DNA of 64,000 nucleotides from Amoebidium appalachense (Eukaryota; Protista; Ichthyosporea): contig CAVNZM010000002.1 of assembly GCA_963693365.1 (NCBI GenBank), positions 4,170,259 through 4,234,258 on the forward strand, written 5' to 3'. A model generated the notes under the pieces. It was not told the DNA's origin and searched no databases. It saw only the letters and a list, made by a program, of their open reading frames with translations. Each line of letters opens with the position of its first letter. Position 1 is the first letter of the stretch. This document shows positions 33,694-56,531 of this stretch, one piece after another. A program made the translations under genes and the position numbers.

Positions 33694-43980
<10,287 letters not shown>

Positions 43981-44344
43981 AGATCCGTTAATTCAATTCA
44001 TGTTCCAATGGAAGTGGAAACTAAACCTGACGTGATAAAACATGACACAAACTTTGCGCAGAAGAAGCAAGTCACCATATGGACTTAGTTAGTCCAAATT
44101 AGAAAAAGCGCGTAGCTTGAGATTAGGCGTATTACTGTGAGTCAAATTGTTGTAAATGTTAACGACCGAGCTGATTCTAGATGGTCTATGTCACAGGTCT
44201 TGGACTTCAGTCACAATATTTTGAGCTGTCTTAGCCAGTTTAGTGAAAGGAGGGGTGTGTGCTTATGCCGGTGATGTTACGGGAATGAGACTCTGTAAGT
44301 GAGCAAGTGTGTGTGTGTGCGTGTGTGTGCGCGTGCGCGCGCGC

Positions 44345-44378
<34 letters not shown>

Positions 44379-44799
44379 TGGGGGGGGGGAGGGTAGGACT
44401 GTTGGTCTGTGTGTGTTTGTGTTTGTGTGTATGCGTGTGCGTTTGCGCGCGCGGGCGCGCGTGTGTGTGCATGCATGTGCGTGTGTGCCATGTGTAAGCA
44501 CCCGAACAGTCATCACCCATCTGGCTCCTGCACACAAGTGCTCAGCCCCCCTTGAAGTTCCTCCCTCCCTCCCCCCCCCCCCCCTCCCTCCCCCCCCCCT
44601 CTCCTCCCTCCCCCCTCCACCGCCTCTTCTATACACACGCACAAGCACACGCACACAAACACGCACACACACAGGGCATATTCGCGTGTGAATCCGTGCA
44701 TCGCCGAGAGTGTGTGCAGTGTGTGTGTTGTGGGTGTCCTGCCCCCGTGTGTCTCGGTAGCTATGCTTTCACGTGTGTACTTGTATCCACTGATGTTTG

Positions 44800-45052
44800 C
44801 ATATCCCTGCATGCCCACCTGTCTCGGTGTGTGCGTGTACCTGTATACGGGTGTGCACGTGCATGAGTGTGCTGTCATACTTTGTTCGCGCATACATCGA
44901 CGAATGCATGCATGCATCCCTGGATGTACGCATGCCCGCCTGTCTTAGTGTGTGCGTGTGCCCGCCTGCGGGTGTGCACGTGCATACGTGTGCTGTCACG
45001 CAGTGCTCGGGTATTCATCCAGGCATGCATGCGTTCAAGCATCCCTGGATGT
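44800..45052. repeat. Diverged tandem duplication, unit about 120 bp
   Basis: GCATGCCC.CCTGTCT..GTGTGTGCGTGT...GGGTGTGCACGTGCAT..GTGTGCTGTCA...GCATCCCTGGATGT occurs twice. Confidence 0.7.
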
Positions 45053-45347
45053 CTGATGTATGCAGTTCCGCTGCTGGTAATATATGGTCGAGTGGTTTGG
45101 GTACGTACAGGCAGGGCTGAAGGAGGGCTGCATGGTGCACACAAGACACGGCAACTCCTTGGCAAATAAAGGATATCTTTTGGCCACTTTGGAAGGTCAG
45201 AAGTATGAAGCCTCTTGCTCCTCGAGCTCATGAGTGAGAGCAGGCTTGTACATGCGGACATTTTGATTGCGCTAGCATGACGTCACTGGTTTGCGCAATA
45301 ATCGGTGGGGGGGGGGGGGGGGAGAAGAGGTTGAGGGTCAATGAGGG

Positions 45348-45384
<37 letters not shown>

Positions 45385-45540
45385 GACTCGAGTTAGTTGT
45401 GGGGGAAAGGGGAAGGTGTGGTGGGGGGGATAAGCTGTTGGGCGTTCTCACCAGCCCCTTTGAATAAAAGGGTTTGGCGGGTGAAAACATGGCGAAAAAC
45501 ACTCTACATAAATGGGCAGTCATGCATGTAGAACACGGTG

Positions 45541-45830
45541 TGTTAGGATCACGGTCGAGTCGAGTCACGGGATCCCGCAGGGCTGGATCGCCCGGGCCAT
45601 CGGGAACAGTCAGTCAGTCACATGGGGCTCAGACCGCGCCTACAATAACAGGGGACCCACGGTTCGGCAGTCAGTCAGTCTGATTGTAGTCGGCTAGGAG
45701 TCATTTGTAGCGCTCTGCTGTTGTAAGTAGCTCTGCTCCGGCAGACGGGTGGACACCCATAGACACACACACATAGAGTTCGGTGGTTCCACAACCCCAT
45801 TTCCGATCTTTCCGATTCTCTATACTAACA
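45541..45830 (-). mobile_element. Probable isolated LTR (290 bp) with adjacent polypurine tract
   Basis: Termini TGTTAG...CTAACA; on the minus strand AGCGGGGG directly precedes TGTTAG; no TSD seen. Confidence 0.45.
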
Positions 45831-46421
45831 CCCCCGCTATACAACACACGGCATTGCGCAATTAAGGTGCTACCCTCAATTCCCAAGCTCCTAGGGTGTG
45901 ACGTAATATTTGGCACGAAATTTATTTGGCACGAGCCTGCAAAACGGTGAAAATGGGGCAGGATGTCGCCCAGGCACCGACAGGAGCTTGGGGATACCCC
46001 TGGATGTGCTCCGCTAGCGGGCTGGTGCCAAATAAATTCGTGCCACATTTTACGTCACCAGGTTCGTGCCAAATTATTTGGTGCCAAATTTATTTGGGGC
46101 ATAAATGGGTCGGTTCGAACTATTATGGGTCGAATCAGCTCGAATCGTTCCTGACCCGTTTTCTGACCCGTTTTTGTGGCTCATCGTTGGTGGCGTCTGA
46201 TTCGAGGAATAAACTCGAAAGGCGGGCTAAGCAAGACCACGTCAACCACGTGCAGGTGGTGGCGTACTTGAACGGGCAGTCACAGCCTGGACTGGCAGTT
46301 GACAGGTGTGACACAGCGCTAGCATCCTTATCATATTGCAGTAGGCCCATATAAAAATAATAAAAACAGACAACACCCTTTAATGCTCGATCATAACTGA
46401 CAGTACATATTTTGTGTGAGC

Positions 46422-47938
46422 ATGGGTTACAAACATGCTCGCGTCCGCATTGGACGTGGGCAAGGCCATTGGGCTTTGCTGAGGATTCTCGTTCATGTTA
46501 TCCTCGCCTTTTGTCTTTTGGCTGCAGCGGGTTCAACAAACAACCCAGATGGGGTGAACAAAAAAGTCATTAAGGAAAACAAATCTTGGTCTAAAGATCA
46601 TGCCAAGCTGGAACAGCCATTCGTTGCACGGTACATTGATTATTGCATAGCGGATCATGAGGACTCTGTCGAAGCTGGCACGTGCCCTCCCCAGCCCTTC
46701 CTCAGGGATTGGGTGTGGCATCAAACCCGTCATGGCGGCCGGATAGATGCATCTACAGCGGAGGGAGTCCATCAGGTGATTCCCCCCCCCCCCCCCCCCC
46801 CTCCCCCCTCTCTCCCCACCACCCCCTGCCTCTTTTCCACTTTTTCTCTCCCCTCCCCTGTCTCTCTGTTCTGGGCCTTACAGGTGGTTCCTCCGTTTTA
46901 GAAGTTGTTTTTTATGTAATACGTTAGGTGTGTCCTTTTGCATCTTGTGGATACCAATGCCTTCACCGCTCAGGCCTTCCCTTGCACTTAATCTTATGGA
47001 CCTTTGTGCCTGTCCCATGATCTGTTTGGCATGATGTGTGTGCCTGTGTGTGTATGTTAAAGACAGGGGAGGGGGGGAAGGGGGAGAGGTCAGGGTAGGG
47101 AGAAAGGGAGGGAAGGATGGGTGGGTGGGAGGGTTGGAGGGAAGGAGGGAGGGGGAGAAAGGGTAGAGGGAGGGATGGCGGAAAAGACAGAAAGAGAGGG
47201 GCAAAGAGAGGAGGGCAGTCGGTAAAGAGGAAGGGCGGGAGGGTGGGACGGAGAGGGAGAAGGGGGAAGTGGAGAATTAGGGCAGGGGAGGGGGCCGAGA
47301 GCAAGAGGGGGGGGGTGGGGAGGGTGTGGGCGGTGTGTGTGTGTGTATGTGTGTGTGTATGTATGTTGTGTGTGTGTGTGGGGGGGGGGGGGGGGGGGGG
47401 GGGTTGGATGGGGGATTCGGTTGGGAGTGGGTTCTTTATAGAACTGGCAACCATTGACCAGCTATTCTTTCACCCTGTCTTTGTCTTCACTCTGCAGCTT
47501 ATGGCAATAATGGCAAATGTTCCTTGGCTGAGTGTGGTATGGAGGTTGGGTCTTTCGACAGTGATGGCTCTGACGATGACGATGAGGGGTCAAGTGACGA
47601 GAGCCCCGGTCCATTCAACGTGTCAACATGTGTGCGCCTAGCAGGCCGCAAGCTTAACGCCCGGCGTGCGATGCGCAAGCTGATTGGGTCTGTGCACAGC
47701 TCCGAGGGGTTTGCTTTAGCAGCACAGGACCCGGATCATCTGCTCTTCACTCTAGTGTTCTTTGACGAGGCCGTGGCAGCAGACATACAGCTTGCCAGGT
47801 GCTTCCTGCCGAACCCCCCCCCCCCCCCCCCCCCCTTCCCCTCCAACGCCCCCCCCGCTCCTCCCTCTCGCCTCTCCCCCCCTTTCCCTGCAGGGCCTCC
47901 CTCCCCTTTCCCCCCACCCCCCTTCCCCCCTCCCCCCC

Positions 47939-47976
<38 letters not shown>

Positions 47977-50900
47977 CCCCCTTTTCTGCATCCCCCTCCC
48001 CCTCTCCTCCTTCCCACAATTCTTCCGCCCAACTGCTCCACCTCCTTACTTCCTTGCACGTATCAATCCATCTCTCCTTCCAACCCAAGTGACACCAGTT
48101 TTTTGTCAGACAACCTGCCTCCCCAGGCCCACTTATTATGCCTGTCCTGTTCCCCTCCCCCCCCCCTCCTCCCTCAGGAGGGCCTCTGCCCATTCGTCCC
48201 TCCTTTTCAAGTCCTCCATTACCTCTTACCTCCCCTAATTCTCATTATTCTCTAATAGTATACCTATATCTTCCATCCTACCTTTTTGGAAGCTCCCTGC
48301 TTCTCTTCCACCTATTTGAAAGCATCTGCATCTACCCCCCCCCCCCCCCCCCGTTCATAGCCCCTCCTTCATCAGTACTCCCTTACATCTGCCCGGCCCC
48401 CTTCAGAGTGCCCCCCCCCTCCCCCCCCCCCACACACACACCCCTCCCCTTTCACACACATGCACACACGAACGCACCCATGCATGCACGCATGCACCCT
48501 CCCTCGCAGCCACGAGCGCACACACTCTTATTCACTTATAGAATTGTTAATAATCTAATGCCCCCCCCCCCCCCCCCCCCCCAACCCCAACCCACCCACA
48601 CACGCACACACACACACACGCCAAGGTTTCCCTTGTTCTGCTCCTCGGCCTTTCCGCCTTCCCCATAATCTGTCTTTCTCTCTCTTCCTCCCCTCCCCCC
48701 CCCCCCCCCCCCCCCCAACCCCACCCCACCCCACCAGCACTGCCCTACCACCCTCCCACTTCTTGTCTTTGCTTATTCTTCCTTGTGATGTGCAACACAG
48801 GGACATATCCGGGCCACCTGAGGTCCAGCAACAACGCCTTCTTCAAATTCTGGGTGCCTGGAGAATGGAGCTTATGGAAACACCCGCTGACGGCAACTGT
48901 TTGTTTCATTCGGTGTGGCATTATATCAATCAGTATCTACAAAGTGGTCATGTAGCTACCCGTGAACACCTCAACACATTGGGGTTTACAGCTAATATGG
49001 AGCCTATAGAGGCGATTGGACGGCTACGCGAACTAATGGTAAACGAATGGCGGCGAAATCTAGCAGAATACCAAGGATTCCTTTCAAGGGTGACCCTCGC
49101 ATACGTAGCTGATGATTTCCGCTGTCCTCGGCGCGCCCATTTTGCTTCTGCAGCCGGTGACGCGATGGTGCTGGGCTTAGCCAACGCACTCCGCATACCA
49201 ATAACCATTTTTAGCACGATTGCCAATCACGGTGTAGTTGCGGTCACTCCACCCACCGTCATCGAACCCAACATTGCCATACCCGTATCACTTAACGGTG
49301 CAGCAGATCATTACTCAGTGGTAATACCTCGCTTGTCGCATGCGAACAAAATCTCGGACAACAACCAAGCACAGACATCACACTCAGTTGACACGGAAAA
49401 CTCGACGGAGTTGGCGTCTAACGCTAACACAACTGACACGTTCGGTGGGTTGCCCGCCAAGGGCTGCAGCTGTAATAGAAACAGTAAGGATAGAACACGT
49501 TTTTTTTGTGGTTTTAAGAACGGCGGGGGGAAAGTGCAGGCATACGATGGGCATGAGCGTTGCATATGCGCAAAGAACAAGCGGGCATGCACCCAGGCAT
49601 GCAGGTGTGAGAATTGTGGCAACAGGTGAGCCGTATGATATGCATTTGCTACTTTTCTTCTTTTGCATCCTCTATTTGCCCACACTTGGTACTTTATAAT
49701 CGAAACCTTAACTTGGCCAAATCCAGGTATTTCTGCTTGTCCCTCTCTTTATCCCCCCCCCCCCCCCCCCCCCCCTTTCCCCAAGACGGGTGACCTACTC
49801 ATGTTCAAGTGAAACAGTATCTGAGTTGGGTTTCGTTAACGAGGGGAATAGGTCGAAACTCGGGTACTGTGGATGACGTGGGCCCCCCCTGAGGATGGGC
49901 TCTGCTTATTATGCATACTCTTTATGTATGGCTTGCATTCTGCATCGTGTTATCCGTTTGTTCTTGTGTACTTCGTACTTTTTGACGCATTCAAAACCCC
50001 CCCTTTCCCCCCCCCCCCCTCCCTCCCCCCCCCCCCCCCCCCCGAGGGGAAAGAAAAGCCCCCTCTCCCAATCCCCTCCCCCTCCTGTATCCGTCGTTTC
50101 ATGATGTCTAACCCCTCCCCCTCCCCCCCACCTTCCCCACTGCTCACCACCTGCACACCCGCACACCATACACAAACTTAAACACACACACGCATGCACG
50201 TGTGCACGCACACACACAGCCCCTCCCCCCCCCCCCCCCCCCCCCCCCCCCACCCACACACACACACAATGCATCCGCGCATCATGGTCCATGCATACAC
50301 GTGTGTGGATAGATGCACAGGTGCACGAATCCACGCACGCACGCACCCACAGAGCACGTGTGCGCACGCACACACAAACACACATGTGTACACGTGCGCG
50401 CGCATTCACACGCACACACAAACGCACATACAAATGCAGTCATGGACAGCGGCCAGAGCCAAACCGTCCAGGTCGCCCGTCTACCATGCAGCTGCATTTA
50501 TCCGGCGAAGGGGGGAACCTTTCCCTGAGAAGTGGTGATGGGTCCAACACCACCCATACGGCCAACACAACAGCCACCAGGGGCAAGGCCACTGCCACGG
50601 TTCCAACGCAAAGGCGGCGCGCACGATTCACACAAACACGAACCACAGATCAGAATGGTTTGGAGTATTATGTGTCTGTGGGCGAGGAGGTACGTTCGGG
50701 TAGATGGTCGGATGCGGAGACCGCGTTGATTGAAAGTATTGTTATTTCGCTTGCGGAACAAAAGTTGCCGGCAACAGAGGAGGACATATTTGCACATTAC
50801 CATGCAGCATTGGAGGGCAACGAGGAGGGTGTGGGGCTGGATGCCATCCTTTCCAAAACGTTGAAGCAAATCAAGTCAAAAATAGAACACATTGAGAAGG

Positions 50901-51427
50901 AAAGACGTTTGCGTAGTCAGGTGGCCGCCGAGGTGAGGGAGGAAATCGCAAGGGCTAAGGAAGCCGCTGCTAGGACAGTTACGGAGAAAGCAAGCGAGAG
51001 AGCACGAAACACGAAACGTGGGCTGAAGTCACAGAGTAATTCACAGACTGCCCCGTCAAAGAAGGCCAAGCCCAGCGGCCTTTCACGTGCAAGCACCAAC
51101 ACAGGTGTTGCCCCTCAGGAGCATGATCCCACCAGTTCGTCAACCGATTCGGCGGATGAATTCCAAAGCACCCAACAGTCTGGGGTGATTCCCCCTAGCC
51201 AGCACCCGCACCATCCGCAAGCGTTCCACCCCAGTTATTATCACACATACCCGAGCACGATAGCCAGTGCACAATGTAGCGTCTGTCAACTGACTTTAGC
51301 AATCCCTCCCCATCTGTGTCATACTTACATGCAATGCTGTAGGTGCAAGGCCATGTTGTATGCTCTGGTCACCGCTTTTGGCATCCGCCTGCTCAGTTTT
51401 AGTGTCACGGATAATAGGTGGAAGTGA
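46422..51427 (+). CDS. Transposon-borne protein: OTU-family cysteine protease + CXC-like Cys cluster + Myb/SANT-like helical domain + C-terminal CxxC-CxxC
   Basis: Exons 46422-46775, 46928-~47030 (frame not closed), then 47498-47798, 48801-49625 and 50440-51427 (these three are phase-consistent). OTU: PADGNCLFHSV...LANALRIPITIF...DHY. Cys cluster: CSC...C...RCICAKNKRACTQACRCENCGN. Myb-like: GRWSDAETALI...KTLKQIKSKIEHI. Confidence 0.75.
49782..49996 (+). mobile_element. Poly(C)-inserted retroposon, copy 3 (215 bp) in an intron of the transposon gene
   Basis: Reverse complement of 40982-41195; CCCCCCCTTTCCC occurs on both sides as a candidate TSD. Confidence 0.8.
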
Positions 51428-51968
51428 GCCAATCCCTCCACGTAGTTTTTTATTTTTCTAATTGTTATTGTGGCTGCCAGCTGCTTTGGGGTCAGGTGGC
51501 AAACGTAGGGCATGTCTAGTAGGTTCGATTAGTATGGGATTTGGCATCATGATGCCAAGACTTAGTCAATACAGTAACTTAAGAATCAGTTTGTTAGGTG
51601 TTAGTTGTAACATTTAACTTCCAGTAATGTTCAGCATGTCATAGTGGTAGTTTATGATTGTAATGTTACTTACAGTTTAACTACATGTAATGTCATGGTG
51701 TATGTAGAGTATGCTGTCACATTCAATGCACACACACACGGCACACACACACGAACATGCACACACGCAACCACATACACGTCAAGCACACACTACGTAT
51801 ACATCCATGCATGCGACATTCGCCTTTTTAATACCTATGATATCATTACGTAGTCAAAATACCATAATAATAATGTGTAGAAGTGATTGCAGGTCACTTT
51901 CACATGCTGCAGCTGTTTTATTAATAATGACACCGTAAATTAATGGCAAGCACACTGCAGACTCGGAT

Positions 51969-52017
<49 letters not shown>

Positions 52018-52070
52018 AAAAAAAACCCCCCCCCCCCCCCCCCCCCCCCCGTTCCCCCCTCGAAATTTTC

Positions 52071-52143
52071 GGGGGCGGGGGCGGGGCGGGGCGGGGCGGG
52101 GCGGGGTGGGGCGGGGCGGGGCGGGGCGGGGCGGGGCGGGGCG
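52071..52143 (+). repeat. (GGGGC)n array
   Basis: About 14 tandem GGGGC units just inside the right TIR. Confidence 0.85.
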
Positions 52144-52922
52144 GGGGGGGGGGGGGAGAGCTTGGGAAACGAGGGTGCAACCGCAATTAAAAAGGAATTC
52201 ACCGGCAACCGCTACAGAACCTAAAAAGGTTCACAAGTAGTAGCAATGATTGGTCAGTGAAGGCACGCCCGCGAACATTCGCAAATCAAATAGATGAGCC
52301 TCGAATCTTCTAGGCGCAAGAGACTGGCTGTGAGTCACGATTACGTATCACCGGGCACTGGCCTGTCAGCAAGAGTACCTCCGCTCATGATCATAAACAG
52401 TTTAAAATTTATATATATCCGCTTAAGACCTTTTGAAAACACAAACAACGAATCAAGTGCTTTGTTTTAACATTATGGGTAAATGGTGAATGCCCGTTTC
52501 ATCAGCTGTTGTGTTTCCGCGTATATAAAGTACCGTGAAGCACCCGCCCGTTCGGTTATTCTGTCCATGCAGCTGATTCGCACCGCTTGTAAAAAACAGA
52601 GGGGAAAAAAAAAACGCGAAAAAACTATAACTGAAAGTTATGTCAAAACGTTCGACAACAGCATCTTCCTGTACGTTTTGGACCACACTTTGAAACTAAA
52701 AACGGTATTTGAGGTGTGCACGTGCCCCCGTTTTTATTTTCAACGAAGGTCAGCAACTAAGATTCCAGCAGAAAGGACTGTCGGTAGATTCGTTTTTGGG
52801 AAGAGACGTTTTTTCCTGACAAGTGGACCTTTTTTATAGACCTATGAGCCAAACATACACAGCCTGAAGCTCACAATTTGCCTTCGAAGTTTTCTTCTCT
52901 CTTTTTCTCTCGTTTTCCTTCA

Positions 52923-53445
52923 ATGATGGGGTCAAGCTCGCTTTATCCCCACGCACACGCCAACATGAACACACAATCCTCACACTCTCAACACTCCAGC
53001 AAGTGCGTTTGTGAGGCCTCGTGCCGGTGTGTGGAGAGAAAAAAGCCCACACGGCGGGAACTTGTAGTGCACAAGAGCGAGGATGAGGAGTTTGGGGCTG
53101 TTCTTTTTCTCATTGATGGGAGGGTGTACATTGGGTGGGTGCCCGACCAGGAGGGGTCGTGGGTGCACTCGGCGGCTTACAGGTGCGGTCTGGACTTCGG
53201 TGACCAGGTGTGTAGCTTTTTCTAGTCTTTCTTCTTCTTCTTCTTCTTCTTTTTCTTTTTTTGTGTGTGTGTGTGTTTGGGGGTCGGTTGTTTTTTTACC
53301 CGTTGGTTTCTGTCTCCACGTGCATAGCTCGTTTGATTCCTGCTCTGTCACCCACGGCCGTGCGCACCCAGGTACACACACACACACACTCGCGCGCGCG
53401 TGCACACACACACACACACACACATTCATGTGCGCGTGCGCACAC

Positions 53446-53481
<36 letters not shown>

Positions 53482-53573
53482 TCAGACAAGGACAAATGCG
53501 AGAGGTTGAGAGAGTGAGGGTTAAGTGGCCCTTTTTTAAGTGGACAGTATGTACGCTGTTCGATCACTTGCTT

Positions 53574-53629
<56 letters not shown>

Positions 53630-54999
53630 GCTTCGTGTACATGCCGGGTCAGTTTTCGTACAGCCGCTTGCAAAGGTTATTTTACTGAATTATACACTTC
53701 TATTACTCAGGTACATGTTTTCTGCTTGAGGATAGTTTGTTTTGAGTGGGTTGGCTTTTTGAGGTATATGGTAGTGCTTTCTTTTAAATGTAACGTGGTG
53801 TGGAGTAGCAAATGGGCGAATGCGTGTTTTATTTTTCCATTTTGATAATGCCAACATGTTTCTGTGTGTACATGTGTGTGTGTGCGCGCACGTGTGCTCT
53901 GCTGTGTCCTCTTTTTCTCTTTGCGTGTGCGGTTGGTGGGGGTAATGGTACTCACCCGTCTTGTTAGTTGGTAGCCAAACAAGTTGTGCTTCACGAGGCT
54001 CTGGGGCTTGTGTTGCTTGTGTCTGGCCCATGTTTGTGTCTGGCCCAAGCCAGCTGGTGGGGTATTTTCTCACATGGCACGCGCACCTGCAGTCCTGTTG
54101 TGTGTGTGTGTGTGTGTTTGGGGGGGAGGGGGGGTTCCCTGTCACCTCCTCTTCTAGGTTGCACCAAACTCTCACTTGTTTTTTTGTTTGTTTGTCACTG
54201 CCCAATAATCGATATATGGAAGTGTGTATGGTTTTATATCTTGGTAACAGAGTTCCCTACGAGTTTTGTGCTTTGAAAGGGGGTTCCTCTTTTCGTGATG
54301 CCTATGCACATTCCATTCTGCTCAAGCGCATCGAACCTAAGCAGGTGTGAATTGATTGTGGCCGTAACGGGCGGAGAGGGGCACTTTGGGGGGAGGGGGG
54401 GGGGGGGGAGGAGGGGGGGTTATGCATACACGACATGTAGACATGCCCACGTCATGTCCATCACTCCTAACCCCCTGCATTCTTCCCCGCCGTAGATCAT
54501 GAACATCAACGGACACGAAGTCACCGGCCTGGGCCCGTGCGAAGTTCAAGAACTCCTGGACAACGGCACAAAAACAACGCTCGAAGTTTCTGACGCGCCT
54601 CTCATACGCACACTCTCTTTCCCGTGCGCAAAGGGAAAACCAAAAAAGGAGCCGCTTGGTTTCGTTTATTTCAAGTCGCAGGCGAGGTTCGTTCAGAGTG
54701 GTTCGTTTGCGGAGAGGGGAGGGATGGAGGTTGGGGACTGTGTGATTGACGTTGACGGGGTGAGTGTGTTCGGTATGCCTGATCACGAGGTGGTGGAAAC
54801 GATTAGGCAGGCGAGATTGAAAGTTGACGGGGATGATGTTGTGTTGAGGGTAATGCCGGCATGCAAGGCGGAGAAATTCCTAATTTGCTTTCGCGAAATT
54901 TTGAGGAGGAGGGGTCAGAGCCACCTGCAACCGTACCAGGTGCTGAGCCCGAGGACACAGACGATTGGTGGGTGGCTGGGCGATAGGTGCTGCTGCTAG
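52923..54999 (+). CDS. Syntenin-like tandem PDZ protein B (2 exons, 262 aa)
   Basis: Exons 52923-53207 and 54496-54999 join as GLDFGDQ|IMNING (syntenin GLRFGDQVLQING). Also N-terminal SLYP, linker DAPLIRT, PDZ2 PLGFVYFK...VDGVSVFGMPDHEV...VLRVMPA; ends DRCCC*. Confidence 0.88.
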
Positions 55000-55167
55000 C
55001 AGGCTGAATTTTAAATGTTTTTATCCTTTTTTTTAAAAAAAGAAAAGAGTATTGACTTCAAAATTTTTTGTTTTTTGCTTGTGCCAGTTGTCAAGACACT
55101 TCATATGCAGTACACATTGTGTCTCTGGTTGACCTGACATAATTTTCAATGTCTGTTATTCCGTGAT

Positions 55168-55241
55168 TATAATCACTGGTGCTAGTTGAGTGTGTGCGCT
55201 CTCCTATAATCACTGGTGCTAGTTGAGTGTGTGCGCTCTCC
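55168..55241. repeat. Perfect 37-bp tandem duplication downstream of syntenin-like B
   Basis: TATAATCACTGGTGCTAGTTGAGTGTGTGCGCTCTCC occurs twice. Confidence 0.85.
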
Positions 55242-55778
55242 ATTTACGCAGTGTATACATGTGTTTTAAAGGAGCACTTTAAACTGTTGTTTTATTGGGC
55301 AGTTTTTGATAACGGGCCATAGTTATTCAGATTTTTGCGCAATACATTATTGGCAAAAATTCGAAACTTTTGCAGGCATCAAATATTGTAGTTTAGGGGC
55401 CCAGTGTTTCGGGGAATTTTTTTTTTTAACTGCATCTCAAGTTTTGTAGATAGATTAGGCAATTGCACGAATGTATTGTTCTTTTCATGTTGTCGGGTGT
55501 TTTCGACGAGTCTGTGTTTGCGAATGATAATGCAGTTGGCATATCTTCGGCCATTATTCCATCAGAAAAAGAAATCTTGCAAAATATTTTTGGTACATGT
55601 TACTTCTACGGGGTTTGAAATTCATTATCTTAACGTTTTATGAATAAATCGAAATGTACATACCGTCTCTAACATGTACATATTGCAACAGGGCATTTGG
55701 ATATGCTCTTCCAGTTCCATACACACCTGTAAGGGTTTAGAAAATTGGAAGCTGTTAATTTTGCAATTGGTCCCCCCC

Positions 55779-55809
<31 letters not shown>

Positions 55810-56531
55810 AAAAAAGTGTGCAAGCACACGCGCGCGCGCGCCTCCGCGCTTGACACACACACACATCCGGAAGCAAGAGAGCCTTGAATTCCGAATGAGA
55901 GAAAACTACCTTCTCACACGTAGCAGAGTCTGCACTAACACAAGTAGAGTGTATAGTCGTTGCACACACACACATGGAGGTGATCAGTCTCTATATGGGT
56001 GCAATATACCACCTACTAAGTGTGTACTTAATCGGGCTGCATGCACTATCACCTAAGTATCACACAAGTGTCCACACAGTGCTCGGAGAGTCTGTTGCAA
56101 CAGTCAAATATCGTTATAACTCCCAATATTATTATGTTACATGTGCGGGTTTATATGCTCCGCCGTGATCCAGTCACCAGCCATCCAGGATGGCATCCGG
56201 GTTGACTACGTAATCCCTAGATCTGGATGGTGCGTTCCTAACCAATCATATGGCAGTTAGATATCACAATTCATCCTAGGAATCACACGATCCATCACCT
56301 AGCCATCACACAAAAACACGCGTACACCGCTGTTGGATGGTTACATATATCACAAACACGAATAATATGGTGATATTGGGGTTGTATATCCAACACACCC
56401 CTTACAACACAATAGCACCTAATCTACAAATCAGCCAATCATATCGCAGCGTCGATTGCTGCACCCTCAGCCAGGCACTGGTTGCCTGCAGCAATAAACT
56501 AGCACACCCCTGCCTCCACATCACATGGTGA

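Larger units (their letters stand above)
45866..52182 (+). mobile_element. 6.3-kb TIR DNA transposon with 8-bp TSD (Zisupton/KDZ-like, apparently lacking the catalytic core)
   Basis: TSD GCAATTAA at 45858-45865 and 52183-52190. Imperfect 25-bp TIRs: GGTGCTACCCTCAATTCCCAAGCTC versus the reverse-complemented right end GGTTGCACCCTCGTTTCCCAAGCTC (20/25). Left subterminal TTTGGCAC repeats in both orientations; right subterminal (GGGGC)n. Confidence 0.8.

Noticed and set aside
44240-45261. Small minus-strand gene starting MSACTSLLSLMSSRSKR, below a TGACGTCA site
   Set aside because: No recognisable domain and no convincing phase-consistent exon chain.
49800-49910. Hammerhead ribozyme in the poly(C) retroposon (GAAAC...GTA and CTGAGGA present)
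   Set aside because: Stem II cannot be formed in any topology I tried; an Infernal search would settle it.
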